NCBI GenBank assembly: GCA_041749915.1
Contig: JBGTAJ010000258.1
Span: 22,955 to 86,954, forward strand
Source: Flavobacteriales bacterium
GTDB taxonomy: Bacteria; Bacteroidota; Bacteroidia; Flavobacteriales_F; PHOS-HE28
Direction of reading: 5' to 3'
Length of the DNA: 64,000 bases
Part shown: piece by piece, positions 22,637 to 31,919 of the stretch
Layout: each line of letters opens with the position of its first letter
Numbering within the stretch: position 1 is the stretch's first letter
Notes under the pieces: generated by a model
What the model was told of the DNA's origin: nothing
Database searches by the model: none
Seen by the model: the letters and a program-made list of their open reading frames with translations, nothing else
Translations under genes and position numbers: made by a program

Positions 22637-22692
22637 GATGTGGGGCGCCGTGGATCGACCAACTTTGCGGGCCGAAAATGGAGGACAGCCCG

Positions 22693-23766
22693 ATGAGCGA
22701 CCACGAGACCTGGATGGCCCGCTGCCTTGAACTGGCGGCCTTGGGCACAACCACGGTCGCGCCCAACCCCATGGTCGGGGCGGTGCTGGTAAGCCACGGA
22801 CGTATCCTGGCCGAAGGATGGCATCAACGACCGGGGGAAGGACACGCCGAAGTGCGCTGCCTGGCCGGGCTGAACGGCGCCCCCGTGCCTGAGGATGCCG
22901 TCCTCTATGTGAACCTTGAACCCTGCAGCCACCACGGACGCACACCGCCCTGCGCCGACCTGCTGATCCAGCGGAGGGTCCGTCACGTGGTGATCGCCCA
23001 CACGGACCCCTTTCCCGAGGTAGCCGGTCGGGGGGTCGATCGGCTGAGGCAAGCGGGCATCACGGTCACCACCGGAGTGTTGGAGCAGCAGGCCCGGTGG
23101 CTCAACCGACGCTTCCTGACCTCGGTGGAGGAACAGCGCCCCTACATCGTCCTGAAGTGGGCCCGCTCGCGCGATGGCCTGCTGGACCGTCACCCTCGTG
23201 AGGAGCGCGGTGTCCAGCGCATCAGCGGTCCGGCGTCCGATGTGCTCGTGCACCGTTGGAGAAGTGAGGAACAGGCGATCCTGGTGGGCAGCAACACCGC
23301 GTTGCAGGACGACCCACAGCTCACGGTCCGTCTGGTGCAGGGCCCTTCTCCCCTGCGCATCATCCTGGACCGTCATGGACGGGTACCCTCACGGTCCAAG
23401 GTGTTCGACCAGAGCGCACCCACACTGCTGTTCACCACCGATCGGAGGAATGATATCTCCGTGGAACAGCATCTGCAAGCAGCGGATGACGATCCCATCG
23501 ACGAGGTCCTTCGCGTCCTGCAGAGCCGTCAGATCCGCTCGCTCTTGGTGGAAGGCGGAGCTCAGCTTCTGCGCCATTTCCTCACGCGAGGACTGTGGGA
23601 TGAAGCGCGCGTGATCACGGGCAATGTGCTGCTTGGGCAGGGAACACCGGCACCGCTGCCAATAGGGAAGCTTTGGCGAACGATGCACTCCGGAGAGGAC
23701 GTGATCGACCAATACGTGAACAACGCGACCGTACGCATCGACCCACCCACGCTCGCGAACGCATGA
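22693..23766 (+). CDS. ribD: bifunctional riboflavin biosynthesis deaminase/reductase
   Basis: GHAEVRCL and LEPCSHHGRTPPC zinc motifs, plus a C-terminal reductase domain. The start could be 22678. Confidence 0.9.
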   Translation: MSDHETWMARCLELAALGTTTVAPNPMVGAVLVSHGRILAEGWHQRPGEGHAEVRCLAGLNGAPVPEDAVLYVNLEPCSHHGRTPPCADLLIQRRVRHVVIAHTDPFPEVAGRGVDRLRQAGITVTTGVLEQQARWLNRRFLTSVEEQRPYIVLKWARSRDGLLDRHPREERGVQRISGPASDVLVHRWRSEEQAILVGSNTALQDDPQLTVRLVQGPSPLRIILDRHGRVPSRSKVFDQSAPTLLFTTDRRNDISVEQHLQAADDDPIDEVLRVLQSRQIRSLLVEGGAQLLRHFLTRGLWDEARVITGNVLLGQGTPAPLPIGKLWRTMHSGEDVIDQYVNNATVRIDPPTLANA

Positions 23767-24611
23767 TGCTCATCCTGTTCGCCGCGTTGAGCATGGCGTG
23801 CCTCTTCCTGCTGTTCAAGGTCTACGACAAGCGGAACATCCCGCTGTTGCCGACCATCGTCATCAACTACTTCGTGGCCTTCTCCTGCGGTGCTGTCGTG
23901 GCTCCGCCCTGGCAGGCCGGTGACCTCTCCCCGTTGTGGATCCCTGCGTTGGTGTTGGGCGTGCTGTTCATCACCCTCTTCTACATGACCGGAGTGAGCA
24001 CCCAGCGCGCTGGTGTCGCGGCCACTTCGGTGGCCAGTAAAATGAGCCTGGTGCTGACCGTGCTGGCGGCGGTGGTGCTCTATGATGAACGACCGGGCAC
24101 ATGGGGCTGGGCAGGCATCGTGCTTGCGCTTGTCGGCGTGGTGCTCAGCTCCTGGACCAGCGGCCCTGCCGGTGCGCGTGGCGTGTGGCTCCTGCCTGCG
24201 CTGCTCTTCCTGGGCAATGCAGCGATCGACATCACCCTGAACGCCACCCAGCGTCACCTGCTGACACCGGCCACGGAGCCCGTGCTTCCCACGCTCATCT
24301 TCGGCATCGCCGGGACCTTGGGGATGATCAGGCTGCTGACAGGACCGGGAACACAACAGTTGAGCGATCCCCGTGTCTGGATCGCCGGGGTCATTTTGGG
24401 GTCGGTCAATTATGCATCGCTCTACTTCATCGTGGGCGCACTGGCCCGAAGCGGATATCCGGCCAGCAGCGTGTTCCCCTTGATGAACATCGAGGTGATC
24501 CTGTTCGGCACGCTCGCTTCGATCGCCCTGTTCGGCGAACGCCTCAGCAGGATCCAGCTCTGGGGCATCAGTTGTTCGATCATCGCCATGGCGCTCATCC
24601 TCTCGGCATGA
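23763..24611 (+). CDS. DMT/EamA-like transporter
   Basis: About 10 TM helices with a two-half repeat organisation. ATGA overlap with the ribD stop. Confidence 0.65.
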   Translation: MMLILFAALSMACLFLLFKVYDKRNIPLLPTIVINYFVAFSCGAVVAPPWQAGDLSPLWIPALVLGVLFITLFYMTGVSTQRAGVAATSVASKMSLVLTVLAAVVLYDERPGTWGWAGIVLALVGVVLSSWTSGPAGARGVWLLPALLFLGNAAIDITLNATQRHLLTPATEPVLPTLIFGIAGTLGMIRLLTGPGTQQLSDPRVWIAGVILGSVNYASLYFIVGALARSGYPASSVFPLMNIEVILFGTLASIALFGERLSRIQLWGISCSIIAMALILSA

Positions 24612-25219
24612 CGGAAGGGTCGGACACCTACCGGGTGCTCACCGGTCGCGGCTCGTCGCTGATCCGGGAGAAGGCGAGCAAGTTCATCGGCCTGGCCTTT
24701 CCAGTGAGCACAGCGGATGACCTCAAACAGGAGCTCGCCGCGATCCGCAAGGAGCATCACAATGCCCGTCATTGGTGCCACGCCTACGTTCTTGGTGAAC
24801 TGGGCGACGTGCACCGATCCAACGATGATGGTGAACCGTCTGGGACTGCTGGCAGGCCGATCTTGCGCCACATCCAAGGTGCGGGACTGACAAACACTGC
24901 TGTGGTGGTGGTCCGTTATTTCGGGGGCACCTTGCTCGGGAAAGGCGGACTCGTGCAGGCGTACGGCGATGCGGCCCAAAAGGCTTTGATACAAGCCCCT
25001 TGGGAACTTCGGCACATGCTGGTCGGCGTGGAGCTGACCTGCACCCATGCACAGTTCGAACAGGTGCGTGCGGATGTGGCACGGGCATCCGGGCGGATCG
25101 ACAGCGCCACTTTCGACATGGTGTGCAGCGCAACGCTCTCACTTCCCCGTTCACAAGTGGAACCGCTGCTCCGCCGTTGGAGGGAAGGCGGCATTGCGCA
25201 CTGTGCGCCGATGGCTTAG
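24608..25219 (+). CDS. yigZ: IMPACT/YigZ family protein
   Basis: KFIGLAFPV, HNARHWCHAYV, DDGEPSGTAGRPIL and VVRYFGGTLLG. ATGA overlap with the upstream stop. Confidence 0.8.
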   Translation: MTEGSDTYRVLTGRGSSLIREKASKFIGLAFPVSTADDLKQELAAIRKEHHNARHWCHAYVLGELGDVHRSNDDGEPSGTAGRPILRHIQGAGLTNTAVVVVRYFGGTLLGKGGLVQAYGDAAQKALIQAPWELRHMLVGVELTCTHAQFEQVRADVARASGRIDSATFDMVCSATLSLPRSQVEPLLRRWREGGIAHCAPMA

Positions 25220-25620
25220 AGCCAGGGCCTCAAGGCCGCCAACAGCGCTTCCGGTGCGCGTGTGGGACGCATGGTAGCCTTGTCCACAAAGACCAGGGTG
25301 GTCGATGCGTCGGTAAGCAGTTGGCCCGATGCGTTGCGGATCTCGTAGCGGAACTCGATCCTGACGGACGGCAGGCGATCGATGATGGTACGAACGGTGA
25401 GCTCATCATCATACCGGGCAGGCTGATGGTAGCGCACCGACAGTTCGTGGACCGGCAGCATCACTCCTTCCTCCTCCAGGCGCCGATAGGGAAAGCCCAG
25501 CATGCGCAGGGCTTCCACGCGTCCCACCTCCAGGTACTCCGCATAATCGCCATAGTAGACGTAGCCCATCTGGTCGGTCTCCCCGTAGCGGACACGGATG
25601 GTGGTATCGTGCATGAACAT
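25216..25620 (-). CDS. YbgC/4HBT-family acyl-CoA thioesterase
   Basis: RVRYGETDQMGYVYYGDYAEYLEVGRVEALR is the hotdog thioesterase signature. Start at MFMHDTT. Confidence 0.8.
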   Translation of the reverse strand: MFMHDTTIRVRYGETDQMGYVYYGDYAEYLEVGRVEALRMLGFPYRRLEEEGVMLPVHELSVRYHQPARYDDELTVRTIIDRLPSVRIEFRYEIRNASGQLLTDASTTLVFVDKATMRPTRAPEALLAALRPWL

Positions 25621-26053
25621 GGCGGCTGAAGTTAGTCGCGACAACAGCAGCAACAAGCGATCGTTGATGGCTTGCCCCACACTTGCATGTGGCGTATCTT
25701 CGACAGCCCGGAATGCCGCACACGAGAACATCCCTTCCCCACCCTGTCAGCGCAAGGCTTCTCGCGTGTGGCCCGTTCCCTGTCAATGCACTGACAGTGA
25801 ACACTTACACCCCATCGAGCTCCACCTTGCATCCTGATGAAAAGTCAAGCGTGGCAAGGGTTTCAAGATCGGCGGACAGAAATGAAGTGCAAGTAAAATT
25901 TTCGTTTCCGTCAAGTGTTCCCAACTTTTTTTCTTCACTTCTTTGTGTCCATATTTGCCACCCCTTCACAGCATCCTGTTCACCTCGCTGAGCTGAACCG
26001 GACGCCTCGAGGGGCCACCACCAAGGACCAACCAATAATCCGCCGACCCATCC

Positions 26054-27484
26054 ATGAAGAAAGACCACGAGAAGATCTGGGGGCGGTGCCTGGAAGTGAT
26101 CAAGGATAATGTGAGCCAACAGAGCTTCAAGACCTGGTTCGAACCGATCAAGGCCTTGAAGCTGGATGACCACGTCCTGACCATCCAGGTCCCATCGCAA
26201 TTCTTCTATGAATGGCTGGAAGAACACTACATCGTTCTGCTGAAGAAGATCATCAAGAAGGAATTGGGGAACGAAGGCCGACTGGAGTACTCCATCATCA
26301 TGGAGAACGGTTACCAGAGTTCCAACCCTTACACGGTGAAGATGCCCACGAGCAACGCCCGTGAGGTGAAGAACCCTGCAGTGACCCTTCCGATCGATGT
26401 GGCCAACAGCCCGATCAAGAACCCGTTCATCATCCCAGGCCTGCGCAAGATCAAGGTCGAGAGCCACCTGAACCCCAACTATTCCTTCGATAACTTCATC
26501 GAGGGGGATTGCAACCGATTGGCACGCAGTGCAGGATACGCCGTGGCGCAGAAGCCCGGTGGCACCGCCTTCAATCCGTTGCTGATCTACGGGGGTGTCG
26601 GTCTCGGCAAAACGCACCTCGCACATGCCATCGGCATCGAGATCAAGCGCAACCACCCGGACAAGACCATCCTCTACGTTCCGGCAGAGAAATTCACCCA
26701 GCAGTTCATCGAAGCGGTGAAGAACAACACCGTCGGCGATTTCCAGCAGTTCTATCAGATGATGGACGTGCTGATCATCGATGATGTGCAGTTCCTGGCA
26801 GGCAAGGAGAAGACCCAGGATGTGTTCTTTCACATCTTCAACCACCTGCACCAGTCAGGCAAGCAATTGGTGATCTCCAGCGACAAGGCACCCGTGGAGA
26901 TGGCCGGCATGGAGCAGCGCCTGCTCTCCCGCTTCAAGTGGGGCCTGAGCGCCGACCTGCAGACACCCGGCCTGGAAACGCGCATCGCTATCCTGGAGAA
27001 GAAGATGTACGCCGAAGGCATTGACCTGCCAAAGGAAGTGGTGGAATACCTGGCCTACAGCATCACCACCAACATCCGTGAGCTGGAAGGCGCCATGATC
27101 AGCCTGATCGCACAGAGCTCGCTCAACAAGAAGGCGGTGACGCTGGAACTGGCGAAGCAGATGATCGACAAGTTCGTCAAGAACACGGCGCGCGAGGTCA
27201 GCATCGACTACATCCAAAAGGTGGTGTGCGATTACTTCGACCTGCCGATCGAACTGTTGAAGAGCAAGACGCGGAAGCGCGAAGTGGTGCAGGCCCGTCA
27301 GATCGCCATGTACTTCGCCAAGCGCATGACGAAGAGCTCACTGGCGAGCATCGGTGCACATTGCGGCGGAAAGGACCATGCCACCGTGCTGCACGCCTGC
27401 CGCACCGTGAACAACCTGCAGGAAACGGACAAGCAGTTCCGTGGCTATCTGGAGGACCTGGAGAAGAAGTTGAGCATTCATTGA
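26054..27484 (+). CDS. dnaA: chromosomal replication initiator protein DnaA
   Basis: Walker A GGVGLGKTHL, DDVQFL, and C-terminal DNA-binding region RQIAMYFAK...GGKDHATVLHA. Confidence 0.95.
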   Translation: MKKDHEKIWGRCLEVIKDNVSQQSFKTWFEPIKALKLDDHVLTIQVPSQFFYEWLEEHYIVLLKKIIKKELGNEGRLEYSIIMENGYQSSNPYTVKMPTSNAREVKNPAVTLPIDVANSPIKNPFIIPGLRKIKVESHLNPNYSFDNFIEGDCNRLARSAGYAVAQKPGGTAFNPLLIYGGVGLGKTHLAHAIGIEIKRNHPDKTILYVPAEKFTQQFIEAVKNNTVGDFQQFYQMMDVLIIDDVQFLAGKEKTQDVFFHIFNHLHQSGKQLVISSDKAPVEMAGMEQRLLSRFKWGLSADLQTPGLETRIAILEKKMYAEGIDLPKEVVEYLAYSITTNIRELEGAMISLIAQSSLNKKAVTLELAKQMIDKFVKNTAREVSIDYIQKVVCDYFDLPIELLKSKTRKREVVQARQIAMYFAKRMTKSSLASIGAHCGGKDHATVLHACRTVNNLQETDKQFRGYLEDLEKKLSIH

Positions 27485-27505
27485 CCCTGCGCCGGTCAGT
27501 AACTT

Positions 27506-27538
27506 GAAGGCCTCCGCCATGCGGGGGCCTTCGCTTTT
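27506..27538 (+). terminator. rho-independent terminator after dnaA
   Basis: GAAGGCCTCCG(ccatg)CGGGGGCCTTC is an 11-bp stem (one G.U pair) followed by GCTTTT. It begins 22 nt after the dnaA stop. Confidence 0.7.
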
Positions 27539-27566
27539 CCGACCTTCGCGCATCGCTCCCACGCCC

Positions 27567-28025
27567 ATGAAGATCCTGACCGTCTGTCTTGGAAACATCT
27601 GCCGCTCGCCCATGGCGGAAGGCATCCTGCGGCACCTTGCGCACGAACAAGGCATCACGGTGATCACGGATTCCGCCGGCACGAGCGACTACCATGTGGG
27701 CGAAGCACCCGACCCACGTGCACAAGCCGCCATGGTGCGACAGGGCATGGACATCGGCGACCTGCGTGCACGGCAGTTCCGCGCGTCGGACTTCTCGGAG
27801 TTCGATATCATCCTGGCCATGGACGCTTCCAACCTGAGCAACATGAGGGCACTGGCCCCAACGGCCGAGCTCGTTTCCAAAGCCCGACTGGTGATGGACC
27901 ATGCCCCCTGGCGCCCCGAACGTGAAGTACCGGACCCCTATTTCGGCGGAGACGAAGGATTCGATGAGGTGCACGCCATGCTGACGGATGCCCTGCAAGC
28001 CCTGTTGAAGGATGTTGCGCGGTAA
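27567..28025 (+). CDS. low-molecular-weight protein-tyrosine phosphatase
   Basis: CLGNICRSP is the C(X)5R P-loop, and DPYFG carries the catalytic Asp. Start moved to MKILTV; the upstream extension overlaps the dnaA terminator. Confidence 0.85.
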   Translation: MKILTVCLGNICRSPMAEGILRHLAHEQGITVITDSAGTSDYHVGEAPDPRAQAAMVRQGMDIGDLRARQFRASDFSEFDIILAMDASNLSNMRALAPTAELVSKARLVMDHAPWRPEREVPDPYFGGDEGFDEVHAMLTDALQALLKDVAR

Positions 28026-28728
28026 CGGAGTGCTGTACCTGATGCCCGTGTGGCTGGGCGAACTGGGCGGTACCGAGCAGCTGCCTCCGGAGAACATCGC
28101 CATAGCTGGACGCGTGGACCTTTGGTTCGCGGAACACGAGAAGACCGCCCGGCTGATGCTCCGACGGATGCTTCCGGAGATCGACCTGCAGCGGCAGGAG
28201 ATCCACCGCTTCGACAAGGATGGGACCACCGCTGAGGCGGAGGCCCTGCTGCGGCTCATGCAGGGTGGCCGGGATGCCGCCGTGATCAGCGAAGCAGGCA
28301 TGCCGGGTATCGCCGACCCCGGTGCGCTGTTGGTGCGGGCAGCCCACCGCATCGGCATCCGCGTGGTGCCCTTGACCGGCCCAAGTTCCATGATGCTCGC
28401 CCTGGCGGCGTCGGGATTGAACGGACAGCGTTTCACCTTTCATGGTTATCTGCCCCGCACCCCACAGGAACGCAAGCAGGCCATCCGCAAGATCGAAGCG
28501 GAAGCTCTGCGCAGCGGTGGGGCCGAGCTGTTCATGGAAACGCCGTACCGCAATGATGTGCTGCTCGGTGAGCTGCTGCAGACATGTGCATCATCCACCC
28601 TGCTTACCATCGCCGTGGACGTCACTCAGCCTGGGGGAAGTGTGGAGACCCGGTCCGTCAGCAATTGGTCCAAGGCCACGCCGGTACTGGGCAAACGACC
28701 GGCCGTGTTCATCCTGGGCCGACCCTGA
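28012..28728 (+). CDS. RsmI-like (tetrapyrrole-methylase fold) SAM-dependent methyltransferase
   Basis: ISEAGMPGIADPG and PLTGPSSMMLALAASG. Confidence 0.7.
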   Translation: MLRGNGVLYLMPVWLGELGGTEQLPPENIAIAGRVDLWFAEHEKTARLMLRRMLPEIDLQRQEIHRFDKDGTTAEAEALLRLMQGGRDAAVISEAGMPGIADPGALLVRAAHRIGIRVVPLTGPSSMMLALAASGLNGQRFTFHGYLPRTPQERKQAIRKIEAEALRSGGAELFMETPYRNDVLLGELLQTCASSTLLTIAVDVTQPGGSVETRSVSNWSKATPVLGKRPAVFILGRP

Positions 28729-28908
28729 TACAGCGGATAGCCGGTATGCACGGAGGCGCAATGGTCCGCCCTCGGTGAGCACCTTCCGTTCGATCAGTGT
28801 GCATTGTGAAGGTCGTGAGCCAATGCGTACATCGGCTTCAACGTTCGTAACCCAGTGGATCGATCAGGCCGACACGCAAACTGCAAATGGCCAGCAGGCC
28901 GCAGGGCA

Positions 28909-29769
28909 CTATCGTTCCACACGTACCACGGACACACGATACAGCACGGGTGTGTACGGATCGACCACACCAGGCACACCGCGCGCACCGAAGGCGTAGG
29001 CGGATGGCAGGATGAACTGTCCCACACCTCCTTCGCGCAAGAGCTGCACCGCGATCTCCATACCCTGCATCACCTGGTCGGGATCACCGTAGCGCCAGCT
29101 GAACGCACCTCCCTGCCGCTCGGTATCGTCCACCATCACCCCGTCCTCCAGCCGACGGCCTTCGTAGGAAACGGACACCAATGCTCCCGGCTTCACGGCG
29201 TTCGTGTCACTGGGCGCGACCTCCACGAAGTAGTGCACGTCACTGCTCCCCCATTGTGTCCACGGCTGCGCGCTCGATCCGAGGTAGGCTGCAATGAGCC
29301 TGCGTTCATATCCAACCGGATCATTCCTCCTGGCTGCCGCAGTGGCATCCCTCATCATCTGTGGGGTGATGATCGCCAGAAGGCCCAATTCGACCTGTAG
29401 TGCCCCAGTATCCATCGGAGCGGAGGCGCCATCGGGCAATAGGTCCGCCCAAGGCACTTGGTCAGCGGATGCGATCAAGCTCATGCTATCACCTTCGTGC
29501 AAGCGCCCCAAGGCTTCGCGCATCACCGCCTTGCGGACGGAGCGGGCCGCATAGGTGCGCTCCGTGCTGAAGAGTGAACCGGGTGCCTCGCCCCAGTGCG
29601 CAATGCGCAGGCGAACATGCACACTGTCGCTGTCGCTCGCCAGTTCAACACCATCCCCCAGGGTATGCAGGCGCACATGCACGCCATCCTCGGTTTCAGT
29701 GAATCCTGGATAGGGAGATCCACTGCAGGCCGTCAACAGGGCGATCATCCCGAACCAGAACGACCTCAT
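28909..29769 (-). CDS. FKBP-type peptidyl-prolyl isomerase lipoprotein
   Basis: Lipobox LLTACSG. C-terminal FKBP domain (VMQGMEIAVQLLREGGVGQFILPSAYAFG). Confidence 0.7.
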   Translation of the reverse strand: MRSFWFGMIALLTACSGSPYPGFTETEDGVHVRLHTLGDGVELASDSDSVHVRLRIAHWGEAPGSLFSTERTYAARSVRKAVMREALGRLHEGDSMSLIASADQVPWADLLPDGASAPMDTGALQVELGLLAIITPQMMRDATAAARRNDPVGYERRLIAAYLGSSAQPWTQWGSSDVHYFVEVAPSDTNAVKPGALVSVSYEGRRLEDGVMVDDTERQGGAFSWRYGDPDQVMQGMEIAVQLLREGGVGQFILPSAYAFGARGVPGVVDPYTPVLYRVSVVRVER

Positions 29770-30293
29770 GGATCCTTCCTGCTGAGCTTCACCAATCCCA
29801 CCCGATAGACCAGGCTGCTGCGCATCGGGATGCGGTCCTGATCACCGATCAACCCATGCGCGCGGTAGGATGGTATGACCAGGATGGCACTGTCGCCGGG
29901 GGAGAGCAACTGAACACCTTCGTGCAGCCCGCTCTCCACATCATCCATTTCCACCTTGAACGTTTCCGGCTTACCCGGGTCCGTGGCATAGGCCGTGTCC
30001 CCGTTCAACAGTTCCAATCGGTAATTGAGGGTGGCCCATTGATCGGGGCTTGCCGTGGCACCGGGCTCATCGCGCAGGATGACATAACGCACGCCCCGCG
30101 CCGTGGTCTTGAACGGCAGTCCGCTGCGTTCCACATAACGCTCGATGTCCTTCTCCTCCATCCGCAGTGCCTCCTTGTTCCCTTCGATCAGCGACTCCTG
30201 CGTGGGCTGTGGGCGCTGGGTGCCGGGTACGCGGCCGTCCCGATCGCCACATCCCATGGCGGCCAGTATCCCCAGTATTACGGCGGTCCTCAT
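29766..30293 (-). CDS. FKBP-type peptidyl-prolyl isomerase lipoprotein
   Basis: Lipobox LAAMGCG. FKBP domain (GLHEGVQLLSPGDSAILVIPSYRAHG). 4-nt overlaps on both sides. Confidence 0.8.
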   Translation of the reverse strand: MRTAVILGILAAMGCGDRDGRVPGTQRPQPTQESLIEGNKEALRMEEKDIERYVERSGLPFKTTARGVRYVILRDEPGATASPDQWATLNYRLELLNGDTAYATDPGKPETFKVEMDDVESGLHEGVQLLSPGDSAILVIPSYRAHGLIGDQDRIPMRSSLVYRVGLVKLSRKDP

Positions 30294-31318
30294 GAAAGGG
30301 TCGGCGCGATCAGTTGTGGCAGCAAGGACCTGAACCGGGCAACGGCATCTTCCAGGGATTCCGTGGTGTGCCCGCCTGCGGCGTTGGCATGGCCCCCACC
30401 GTTGAAATGCTCCTTGAGGAAGCGGTCCACCGCGAGGTCGCCTTTCGATCGTAGACTGACCTTCACCATGTCCTGGCGCTCCACGAAGAAGGCGGACAGC
30501 CGGATCCCACGGATGGATAGGCCATAGTTGACGAAGCCTTCTGTATCGCCGGGTTTATTGTGATAACGCTCCAGGTCGGCGCGTGACAGGGTGATGATGG
30601 AGGTGGAACTCTCCGGCAGCACCTCCAATCGCTGGTCCAGCATGAACCCGAGCAGTCGGAGCCGGTCCACACTGTTATCGTCCATGATCGCCTGGTGGAC
30701 ACGCTCGATGTTCACGCCGTGCGCCATCAGATCACCGGCGACACGCATGGTATGGGGCGTGGTGCTGCGGAAGCGGAATGAGCCGGAATCAGTGACCATG
30801 CCCGTGTAGAGGCAGGTCGCAGCGTCAGCATCCAGGGTTCCTGCACGCCCCATGGCCAGCAAGAGGTCATAGACCATCTGGCACGTGGCGCAGGCTGTGG
30901 TGTCCGAGAACAAGTAATCGAATGACGGGTCGGGATCCTGGTGATGATCGATCAGGACACGCGGAACACTCAACCCGTTCAACAAGGACTGCAAAGCGTT
31001 CACCCGGTCCATGCGGTTGAAGTCGAGGCAGAACAGGATCTCTGCCTGATCCAACGCAACAGCCGCGCCCTTGGGGTCCCGGTCGAATGCGATGGTCTCC
31101 GAGGCACCGGGCAGCCAATTCAGGAATGCGGGCGCAGCATTCGGCAACACCACCTGTACGGTGTGCCCCCATTTGCGCAGCACGTGCATCAAACCCAGAC
31201 TGGAACCGATGGCATCCCCATCCGGATTAAAATGGGTCACGATCGCCAGGCGGCGTGGCTGTTCAAGCAGTTCCTTGAGGCTTGTCAAAGCCTCGGTCTG
31301 TGCGGTCGAAAAGTTCAT
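30290..31318 (-). CDS. DHH-family phosphoesterase (NrnA-like)
   Basis: THFNPDGDAIGS, LIDHHQ and a C-terminal DHHA1 GGGHANAAGG. Start at MNFSTAQ. Confidence 0.8.
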   Translation of the reverse strand: MNFSTAQTEALTSLKELLEQPRRLAIVTHFNPDGDAIGSSLGLMHVLRKWGHTVQVVLPNAAPAFLNWLPGASETIAFDRDPKGAAVALDQAEILFCLDFNRMDRVNALQSLLNGLSVPRVLIDHHQDPDPSFDYLFSDTTACATCQMVYDLLLAMGRAGTLDADAATCLYTGMVTDSGSFRFRSTTPHTMRVAGDLMAHGVNIERVHQAIMDDNSVDRLRLLGFMLDQRLEVLPESSTSIITLSRADLERYHNKPGDTEGFVNYGLSIRGIRLSAFFVERQDMVKVSLRSKGDLAVDRFLKEHFNGGGHANAAGGHTTESLEDAVARFRSLLPQLIAPTLS

Positions 31319-31327
31319 GGTCGGCGC

Positions 31328-31335
31328 CAAAGGTA
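31328..31335 (-). promoter_or_regulatory. candidate -7 box TACCTTTG (DHH/FKBP operon)
   Basis: The plus strand reads CAAAGGTA, a perfect TAnnTTTG on the minus strand. It lies 9 nt upstream of ATG 31318. Confidence 0.4.
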
Positions 31336-31362
31336 ACCCGCCTCCCATGTGCAGAGTGGTGA

Positions 31363-31911
31363 TCAGAACCCCAGGCCCGGTGTAGGCATGTGCTCGATCA
31401 TGATCCCCACGCAGCCGATGTCGAAGGCTTTGCCGCTTTTCTTGCCCGATGCCTCACCACCGACCGCCACCACTTCCACGGCGATCCGCTTGGTGGAGGT
31501 GCAGGAGAACTCCACGGTCTGGGCCATCTCATGCTCGGTGTTGTCCCAGAGCACTTTCTCCAGCTCCTCGTACTCCACCTTATCGCTGGCTTCACCGGTT
31601 CCTGGCTTGGCCTGCCGCACCTTCTCCACCAGCCGGATGGCAAGACCCTCACCCAGGATCTTGGTATCGGAACAGAGGGAGATCCGGTAATCCTGACCGC
31701 GGTAAACGATGATGTTCAGCTCGGTCTCCTGCCCCACCTGTACGGCAGCGCTCTTGCTTTGACCATTGACCGAGAAGCGCTTGTCGCTGGCCCGGTTGCA
31801 GTTGAACTTGTGATAGTCGGTGCACGGCCCTTGGGCCATGGTGATCAGTGGCAGGACGGTGACCACTGCTGCAGCGACCAGAACGGAACGAATGGACGTG
31901 ATGGGTTTCAT
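31363..31911 (-). CDS. hypothetical secreted Cys-containing protein
   Basis: Signal peptide MKPITSIRSVLVAAAVVTVLPLITMAQG. No motif recognised. Confidence 0.5.
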   Translation of the reverse strand: MKPITSIRSVLVAAAVVTVLPLITMAQGPCTDYHKFNCNRASDKRFSVNGQSKSAAVQVGQETELNIIVYRGQDYRISLCSDTKILGEGLAIRLVEKVRQAKPGTGEASDKVEYEELEKVLWDNTEHEMAQTVEFSCTSTKRIAVEVVAVGGEASGKKSGKAFDIGCVGIMIEHMPTPGLGF

Positions 31912-31919
31912 GGTCGTGA

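Noticed and set aside
22637-22692. FMN riboswitch upstream of ribD (and of ribH at 35699-35701).
   Set aside because: The available non-coding space is about 40-55 nt and 3 nt respectively. That is far too short for an FMN aptamer.
22637-22945. N-terminal extensions offered by the ORF track. Examples are prmC to 22945, exonuclease to 16867, yigZ from 24101, the STN protein to 59254 and clpB from 61003.
   Set aside because: The extensions are R/P/G/H-rich. They overlap neighbouring genes or terminators and precede obvious native N-termini or signal peptides. Internal starts fit ATGA overlaps or promoter boxes.
25621-26053. Calling the dnaA-upstream region oriC.
   Set aside because: No 9-mer within 2 mismatches of TTATCCACA was seen by eye. 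I cannot compute GC skew here. It is kept only as a low-interest finding.
25805-26851. 348-aa minus-strand ORF antisense to dnaA.
   Set aside because: It is the shadow frame of an unambiguous dnaA. The translation is low-complexity (L/H/D/V-rich) with no recognisable domain.
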